Below the pieces are notes generated by a model. The model was not told where the DNA came from. It saw only the letters and a list, made by a program, of their open reading frames with translations, and made no database searches. This document shows, piece after piece, positions 55,362 through 64,000 of a stretch of DNA of 64,000 nucleotides. The stretch is from Octopus vulgaris (lineage: Eukaryota): the NCBI GenBank assembly GCA_951406725.2, contig OX597822.1:43338001-43402000 (forward strand), read 5' to 3'. The position numbers were made by a program, and so were the translations under genes. Numbering within the stretch: the first letter of the stretch is position 1; the number at the start of each line of letters is the position of its first letter.

Positions 55362-56564
55362 ATGGGCACGCGTACTGCGCCTTCTTTTGCCAACCTAGTG
55401 ATTGGATACCTCGAGAAAACACTCTACCAGAAAACACTCGAGAAATATGGAAACACCTTCTCCACCTATATCCTGACCAACTGGAAAAGATACCTCGACG
55501 ACTGCTTTATCCTCTGGGATAAAAGTATAGAGAAACTTGAGGAATTTAAAATACTATTAAATGGAATAAATGATAATATTCAGTTCACGATGGATCATAA
55601 CGAAGAAGAATTGCCATTTTTAGACATCCTCATTAAGAAAGCCGGCAACAAAATAGAGACAGATATCTATTATAAACCGACAGACTCCAAGCAGTACCTA
55701 CCCTTTGATTCATGCCACCCAAGACACACTAGAATAAATGTCCCTTTTTGTTTAGCTAGAAGGATTTGCACCATAATATCAGACACAAACACCCGACACA
55801 CACGTCTCCAGGAACTTAGAACTACACTCATAAATAGAAATTATCCACAGCCCCTAATAGACAGTGCAATCCAACGAGCTCTTAAATTAAGTATAGAAGA
55901 CCTGAGACAAACAAAACCAAAAAAGAAAGAAAAATTTAAAACCCTTCCCTACATCTCTACACACAACCCACTTAACAATGAGGCCTTCAGCACCATACTA
56001 CAAAGCACAGCCCTACTAATGGGAGACCCACAGATGAACCGGATCCTCGAAACACACACCATCATTAAAAGTAAATGGCAACCAAAATCCTTGAAAAGGA
56101 TTTTAACCCAAGCTAAACTGCACTCAACATCAACCATAAAACCAGCAGTTAGAAAATGTGGAAAGCCCAACTGCGGAATCTGTGTCATCTTGGTAGAAGG
56201 TTCAGAATTCATATTAGAACAAGGCCATCAGTTTACCATCAGAACAAACTTCACCTGTGCATCAGAAAACTTAATTTACGTCTTAACATGCGCAGGTTGC
56301 AATAGGCAGTATATAGGCCATACAAAATATAGCTTACGTAAAAGGATGGCGGTGCATAAATCCCAAATTAGAAACCCTGAATACCGGAAAATACCAATCA
56401 GCGGACACATAGATAGAAGTGCTTTAAATAAAAATCCGAAATTTACAACTTACCCACTTTACAAATTCAGAGACATCGTAACCTTCACCAAACGCCAAAA
56501 TAATGAACTTTATTTCATCAAAAAATTTAGACCAAGTTTGAACACCCTGGGCCAGGAATATTAA
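55362..56564 (+). CDS. PLE reverse transcriptase C-terminal half plus GIY-YIG endonuclease (5'-truncated)
   Basis: GTAMGT..APSFANL, RYLDD, LPFLD, YYKPTD..SCHP, Cys linker CGKPNCGIC, LIY..CAGC..YIG.T..RMAVH. Confidence 0.9.
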   Translation: MGTRTAPSFANLVIGYLEKTLYQKTLEKYGNTFSTYILTNWKRYLDDCFILWDKSIEKLEEFKILLNGINDNIQFTMDHNEEELPFLDILIKKAGNKIETDIYYKPTDSKQYLPFDSCHPRHTRINVPFCLARRICTIISDTNTRHTRLQELRTTLINRNYPQPLIDSAIQRALKLSIEDLRQTKPKKKEKFKTLPYISTHNPLNNEAFSTILQSTALLMGDPQMNRILETHTIIKSKWQPKSLKRILTQAKLHSTSTIKPAVRKCGKPNCGICVILVEGSEFILEQGHQFTIRTNFTCASENLIYVLTCAGCNRQYIGHTKYSLRKRMAVHKSQIRNPEYRKIPISGHIDRSALNKNPKFTTYPLYKFRDIVTFTKRQNNELYFIKKFRPSLNTLGQEY

Positions 56565-57116
56565 AACAAAACATTGGTCTTCCGAAAAGAAAAATGAAAT
56601 TCTACCACAACCACCACGATCACTACGACTGCCTCCACTATCACTACTACTACAACCACCGTGGTCACCACTATTGCTGCTACGATCAACAGTCCTCCAC
56701 TACTGCTGCTGCTACGGCCACAGCTTAACTGCTACAACCCCAACCACCACCACGGTTGCCAAAACTCCGCTACTACTGCCATTTAAGCCACTGGACATAC
56801 TACTGCTGCTGCTAGGACTGCCACAACTTAACCGCTACAACCAATAAGCTGCTGCAACCCCAACCACCACCACGGTTACTACTACTACGACCAACAATCA
56901 CTACTGCTGCTACCATTCCATTGGAACACAAGGAAACAAAAAAACAAGCACGTGATTCCTGTTGATACCAGCAAGAAACAATAATGAACTTCTTTGCTAC
57001 ACTCAACTATAATATAGCTATTATACCTACTACCGACAAAACACCACCACATGGATTCTATTGAGACCAGTAAGAAACAATTATGAACTTTTCTATTACA
57101 CTTTTCTTTCTATAAT

Positions 57117-57161
57117 ATTTTTGATAAGGTTCGTTTTTTCAAGAACCGAAACATGTAAAAT
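57117..57161 (+). ncRNA. Minimal type I hammerhead with U3-A8 core variant
   Basis: AUUU-UUGAUAA-GGUUC(loop)GAACC-GAAA-CAUG-UA^AAAU; predicted cleavage after 57157. Confidence 0.7.
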
Positions 57162-57263
57162 TCATAAGAAAATTTATCTAATATAGTGGCGTTTTCAAAC
57201 TTCTTTTTTACAAATATATACCCACTCGTATACGATCTACTCTTATTATAAATATATATATAT

Positions 57264-57338
<75 letters not shown>

Positions 57339-57341
<3 letters not shown>

Positions 57342-57472
57342 GGGAAAAAGTCAAGGTGGAAAATGCTAAAATAATTTTATGAAAAACATTTCATTTTATA
57401 AAATTATTTTACCATTTTCTATCTTGATTTTTTTCCCATATATATCAACTCGTGTGTTACTTTTCAACCTCC
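57339..57472. mobile_element. Short fold-back PLE-type 3' end
   Basis: TGGGAAAAAGTCAAGGTGGAAAATGCTAAAATAATTTTAT with its imperfect reverse complement, then an unpaired ACTCGTGTG tail. Confidence 0.65.
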
Positions 57473-57480
57473 TACACACA

Positions 57481-57536
<56 letters not shown>

Positions 57537-57538
57537 CG

Positions 57539-57573
<35 letters not shown>

Positions 57574-57736
57574 GTATATAAATTTAATATAAAGATAAAA
57601 TCTATATACGATTCAGGAATCAGAATAATTTGGCAGACACTGGGTTACACTCATATTTTAGAAAAATAGTTTTTCTTATATGTCTATAAAAAGTAGATCA
57701 TGAAATGCAGGAAGCAGAGAGAGAGAGAGAGAGAAG

Positions 57737-57767
<31 letters not shown>

Positions 57768-58029
57768 TGAGGTAGAAGATAGAGAGGGACCGTTATCTCG
57801 TATTGTTAAATAACGATATCTCTCAGTGAATTTAAATTAGTATTCTGTAGTTGATATCTTCAGTCATAAAAAGAAACTTGAAAACTACATTTTGATAAAA
57901 CATATTGACATCAGAATACCGCAAAATTTTCTTGACAATGTAGATTTTAACGAATGCTTTCTTTTACCAAAAAGTATCCACTACCAACTAATTAATAAGC
58001 AGCCTTTTTCATTGTTGCATAGATAATAA

Positions 58030-58420
58030 TATTTATTTTTTTTGTTTCCCACAGGGGGCTAAAAAGATAGAGGACAAACAAGGACAGGCAAAGGGTAATT
58101 AGATTGATTACATCGACTCCGAAAGAATGAAAAGCATGAAGAATGAAGTCGACCTCGGCGTAATTTTCACAGAGGGTAGCGACGGGCGAAATACCTATTT
58201 CTTTACTACCCACAAGGGGCTAAACACAGAGGGGACAAATAAGGACGGACAAACGGATTAAGTCGATTATATCGACCCCAGTGGGTATTTGGTACTTAAT
58301 TTATTGACCCCGTAAGGATGAAAGCCAAAGTCGACCTCGGCGGAATTTGAACTCAGAACGTAACGGCAGACGAAATACGGCTACGCATTTCGCCCGGCGT
58401 GCTAACGATTCTGCCAACTT
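58030..58420 (-). mobile_element. Tandem/nested SINE family A
   Basis: Two bodies on the minus strand, joined at AAAGAAATA|GGTATTTCG. Confidence 0.8.
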
Positions 58421-58449
58421 AGTGATACCTGCTCAGAAGCCTACACAAA

Positions 58450-58950
58450 TTTTCCAAAAGATTTTCATCGTTCTCGACACAATCAAGGAGATCTTGAGCA
58501 ACTGAAACCCGAGTGTCTTTTTGCACAGCTGAAAGTACTTTTAGCACAAACTTGGCCGACAGGCGTCTTATACCCAAATCTTTAGTGATAATGGACTGAA
58601 ATCTGCGATTCTTTTATTCATTTCTGCTGGTTGCGTGTCTCTCTCTTTTCGGAGATCTTGGAAACGTCTGTACCACTCTTAAACCTGTGTGCGGCTCATA
58701 CACTCCTTTCTATACACTTTCTCCAAATTTGCGCAGGCCTCTGAGAGGGTATCGCCATGGCAACTTTCTCTGTCGAGGTGAATGCGACGATCACGCGCTA
58801 CACACCTTCCTTCCAAGCACTGCTGTAAATAGTGGAAGTGAGTTAGAACGTTAAAACTTAATGCGCATGCACAACAGTTCAAGGTCAGTCTTTGCGAAGC
58901 GGCTTTAGTATACTTGCTTTAGCTTTGTTACTACGGCAACAGTCCGGATA
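58450..58950 (-). mobile_element. Mariner transposase remnant
   Basis: GDTLSEACANLEKVYRKECMSRTQV.EWYRRFQD (HTH) and KDLGIRRLSAKFVLKVLS..QKDTRVSVAQDLL. Confidence 0.75.
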
Positions 58951-58965
58951 CATATTTATCAGACC

Positions 58966-59022
<57 letters not shown>

Positions 59023-59272
59023 ACAATTATATATGTTTTTGAGTGTATGAGTCTGTTCCTAAATATATGCGTACATGTGGTAGCGTGTAAGACAACAGAG
59101 GAAAATCGGTTGATCCATAGGTTATTAATTAGGTAGATAGTTAGTTTGATAAATACTTACACACGTACACGCACATGCACACCGAAAAAGGGAGAGGTGA
59201 TGAGAGAGTCTGGTAAACAGATACATCGAAATTTACATAAATAGATTGATACAGTTTTGGATATATGTGTGT

Positions 59273-59310
<38 letters not shown>

Positions 59311-59416
59311 CACACACATATATATACATATATATATACACACATATATATACATATATATGTGTGTGTATATGCATGTGTATGTACCTATATATATATG
59401 TATGTATGTTTATATA

Positions 59417-59481
<65 letters not shown>

Positions 59482-59890
59482 ATATGTATGTATATATATA
59501 CATACACACATATAATATATGATTGAACGACACGCATCCTCTTCCGTGTATAATTATATATATATATATGTATATATATGGAGGGGAGGGAGTGCACTCG
59601 ATCGACATATGGTTTGTCCTATACACAGACAGGCATACACACGCACACATACATATACATACACATATAAAGATAGGCAGACCGTTACGAATTTGGGAAG
59701 ATTAATAATTACGTTGATAGATAAGAAAGATTCAGTGAATATACTTGTTTGAATGTATGTGTTTATAAATATATATATTTGTATATTTACGCACACATAT
59801 AGTAATATATATATGTGTGTGTGTGTGTGTATGTGCGTACGTGTGTGTGTGTGTGTGTATGTGCGTACGTGTGTGTGTGTGTATGTGCGT

Positions 59891-59936
<46 letters not shown>

Positions 59937-60584
59937 AAGCAGAGTTTATAGCTTTGCGTTGGTCATGGCCAATTTAAACTTGAGAATGTCTAATCAGATC
60001 TAGCAACTTATTTCCAATTATGATCGTGTACCCTCTAGCATTTAGAAGTCAATTGTCTAGAGACTAAACACACATACATACATACACACATGCACACACA
60101 GGCAGACACATTCTCACTCTCTCCTTGTAGCCGCAATGGCACCGTCCCAAAAGCTTTAATAGATCCTCTATGGAAACCGGGCAGTTTTTTATGTCAATGT
60201 CGATAGTATGATGATAAATCCCTCCAGGGCTTCTTCTCTCTTTTCCTATCGTATTTCTGGGTCATCCCGGAAGAAAAAAATAAAGACCTGGTCTCAAAAC
60301 ACGTATGTATTACAATAAGAGATGACAAAGCAGAAGCAACAACAACACCAGCAACAATGGGAACTACAAAGCGAACAGTTTGTATTATTTTGTTGTTATG
60401 GGGGGGGGGGGAGTTAGATGGTGGTGCACAGGTAAAAAATGCCTCTTCCCATCTTTTAGTTATGTGCTTTCACGCTCTGTGTTCAGATCCTCTTGGGGTC
60501 TATGCGTTTCTGGGTGTTGGAGTGGGGCGGGTTGATAAAAATGAAATATTGGGATGGAGAGAAGAGCTGATATCAACACTGGGA

Positions 60585-61151
60585 TTTGCAGTTGCTTTCA
60601 GAAAATTCATGAGGCACCCATTTTCCAAGTTTAGGAACCTTTCAAAGTTGTTGAAGATGACTATGAACAGTTGTATGGTTTGAACTAAGCTTTATTGCCA
60701 ATTATTCAACTGATAAAGAAGGATTTTCTTCAAGTAATGACTCAGGGAGCTTATCATCAAACTCAACTGTACGTCCTGTTCGATCTTCATCGTCAAGGCT
60801 GAAATCTCCACTTCTGAATTTTGCAAACCAACTTCTGCAAGTTCTTTTATTCAAGCATTCTTTCCCATAAACTGAGTGTATGTTTCGAGTCGTTTCGGCT
60901 GCAGGGTTTCCTTTTTTGTACTCATAAAGCATTATGTGCCTCAAATACTCTTTGGATACTTCTATGTTAGAAAGGGTTTTAATCAAAGAAATTTTAATTC
61001 TATTATTCTGTAAAATAATATTTAATTAGTTTAAATGTATACAAATGCATAAAAATAATTTTAAATTCCATTAGACATTCTAAAATACTATTAAATTTCA
61101 TTCAATTTTAAAAAAGGAAAAATCGGACAGAACTTATGGGATGACCTGATA
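60585..61151 (-). mobile_element. Mariner 5' half with TIR
   Basis: ORF 60702-60986 (LRHIMLYEYKKG..WFAKFRSGDFSLDDEDRTGR), downstream KLGKWVPHE, terminal TA|TCAGGTCATCCCATAAGTTCTGTCCG. Confidence 0.88.
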
Positions 61152-61189
61152 CATCCTCAGACGAAGATTTCAAATAATTAAATCAGAAA

Positions 61190-61568
61190 GCATACATACA
61201 TACATACATACATACATACATACATGCATACATACATACATACATACATGCATACATACATGCATACATACATACATACGTACGTACGTACATGCATACA
61301 TACATACATACATACATACATGCATACACACATACATACATACATGCATACATACATGCATACATACATACATACATACGTACGTACATATGTACATGCA
61401 TACATACATGCATACAAACATACATACATACATACATACATACATACATACATACGTACGTACGTACGTACATACATACATACATACATACATACATACA
61501 TACATACATACATACATACATACATACATACATACATACATACGTACGTACGTACGTACATGCATACA

Positions 61569-61602
<34 letters not shown>

Positions 61603-61637
61603 CATACATACATATATACATACTTACATACATACAT
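61190..61637. repeat. (CATA)n tetranucleotide tract
   Basis: Directly visible. Confidence 0.95.
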
Positions 61638-62187
61638 AGAAATATTCGGTTCTAGAGAGAAATTGACACATTCTCCAAATCCAATCTATTAGTGGCACAG
61701 TGAAGATTTGTAAGACATTTCAAAAATTCTCCATCTAAGATTCTTATGCGGATCGATGCACACATTTGAGTGTAGGCACCGGTCTGTCAACCAACACATC
61801 AACTCAATCACATATTTACAAACAGTGGGGATGCAAAACGGTCTTGTCGCTTTTTTAGCGACCGGCTTGAATTCCTTAAAATAAAACTCAAAGAAAAATC
61901 ATACATATATACAAATTTCAAGTAAGCAAACACACACATACACACACACAGAGGCACACACAGACACACACACGCACACATATTCTTTTATTCTTTTATA
62001 TCTTTAGTGTTATGGCTGTGTCCATGCTGGTGCACCGCCTTTAATCGAGCAAATCGAGCCCAGGACTTATTCGTTGTAAGCCTAGTACTTCTGCCGAACC
62101 GCTAAGTTACGGGGACGTAAACGCACCAACACCGATTGTCAAGCGATGATGGTGGGAAAACAAACACAGACACACAAACATATAAAG

Positions 62188-62236
<49 letters not shown>

Positions 62237-62394
62237 TCAGTTTACGTCTACCAAATCCACTCACAAGGCTTTGGTCAGTTCCGAGGCTATAGTAGAAGAC
62301 ACTTGCCCAAGGTGCCATGCAATGGGACTGAACCCAGAATCATGTTGTTGGTAAGCAAGCTACTTACCACACAGCCACTCCTGCGCTATATATG

Positions 62395-62835
<441 letters not shown>

Positions 62836-62851
62836 ATATATATAAATATGT

Positions 62852-62890
<39 letters not shown>

Positions 62891-64000
62891 GGCTTCCTCA
62901 CACTTTCCGACTACCAAATTTACGCGCATTTACTATCTACATATACCAGTATCTTAAATGAACATTTGGATTTCTCTATGCTATCAACTGTGAGATGCTA
63001 CTGTTTTTTTTTAATCGCAACTATCATCGATCGGCGGTTGAACCTTACTGATATCAATCGCGTTGTTAAACACTTGTTTACATCATTTATGAAACGCAGA
63101 TACAAAAACAAAAAAATCTAAAAAGGAATCACTTTTCTCCTTTATCTGCATCAACATTCTCAAGTGATTCTTTCATTTCTTCCATGTTATCTTACCGAAG
63201 TTTCTTTAAACTTCCTTTGAGCTAAATATAAAAATAACAAAAAACATGGATGAAAATTGTGAAGTGGTAAGTGTATGATAGGCTCTATTTTCCACCTTTA
63301 CCTACGATGAGCGCTCAGTTGTTCGACCATTTGAATTCCTAATTATGAAATAAACAAGTAAGTGGTTGAGTATACCAGAGATACGTGTTCCTTTAGAGTA
63401 ATTGCGATATACAAGAATAGACATTTAAACTACAAAATAGGAATAAAGAGAGAGAGAGGGAGAGAGAGAGAGAGGGGGAGAGAGAAAGAGAGAGAGAGAG
63501 AAGTGTGTACGTGTGTGTGGGGGGAGAGTGGAGAGAAAATGGGCGGATACATAAACAGCTAGTGAGAGAGAGAGATAGAGAGAGAGAGAGAAATAGATGG
63601 AAGAAAGAGATAGAAATAGAGAGAGATAGATACAAAAAGATGGAAAGAAATAGATAGATAGAGAGACCGAGAGAGAGAGGGAGAAAGAGCAAACTTGATA
63701 GATAGATAAAAGGACATTGCTAGATAGACAGATAGATAGAGATTGAGTGAGAGAGAGACGGAGAACTAGATAGAATGAGAGAGAGAGAAAAGTAGAAGAT
63801 AAACATACTGGATTGGTACTTTATTTATCGATCTTGCGCTGGTGAAAGGTAAAGATTACATCTGCAGGATTTCGACTCAGCGCTCAGAGAGCCAGGACAA
63901 ATAAGGTACAGCACCCCTGACTCGCATTGTAGGAGTATTAGGGTTTGTATGTCGTCAGTGGAACCCTTGAAGAATGATTTTTGAGTAATGGATTTCTCAA

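Larger units (their letters stand above)
55212..57250 (+). mobile_element. 5'-truncated Penelope-like retroelement (Neptune-like) inserted in (TA)n
   Basis: RT and GIY-YIG ORF, low-complexity 3' UTR, hammerhead at 57117-57161, (TA)n on both sides. Confidence 0.92.

Overview
AT-rich, microsatellite-saturated eukaryotic DNA, probably intergenic or intronic. The SINE families and (TA)n density suggest an octopus/cephalopod genome (inference). No recognisable host protein-coding gene is present; almost all listed ORFs are translations of (TA)n, (CA)n, (TATC)n or trinucleotide repeats. The identifiable content is mobile DNA: three tRNA-derived SINE families, CR1/jockey-group and RTE LINE remnants, a decayed Ty3/gypsy pol, Tc1/mariner remnants and MITEs, and several Penelope-like elements (PLEs), including a 5'-truncated RT+GIY-YIG ORF at 55.2-57.25 kb. 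Main observations: (1) many fold-back (inverted) insertions bracketed by (TA)n, consistent with PLE integration products; (2) minimal type-I hammerhead ribozymes in PLE-type ends whose 3:8 core pair occurs as C-G, U-A and G-C; (3) a U6 snRNA copy fused at its 3' oligo-U to a PLE-like 3' end, at about the position of the hammerhead cleavage site, and integrated as a PLE-style fold-back. The last may be a ribozyme-cleavage/RNA-ligation/PLE-retrotransposition chimera. All alignments and folds were done by eye and need computational confirmation.
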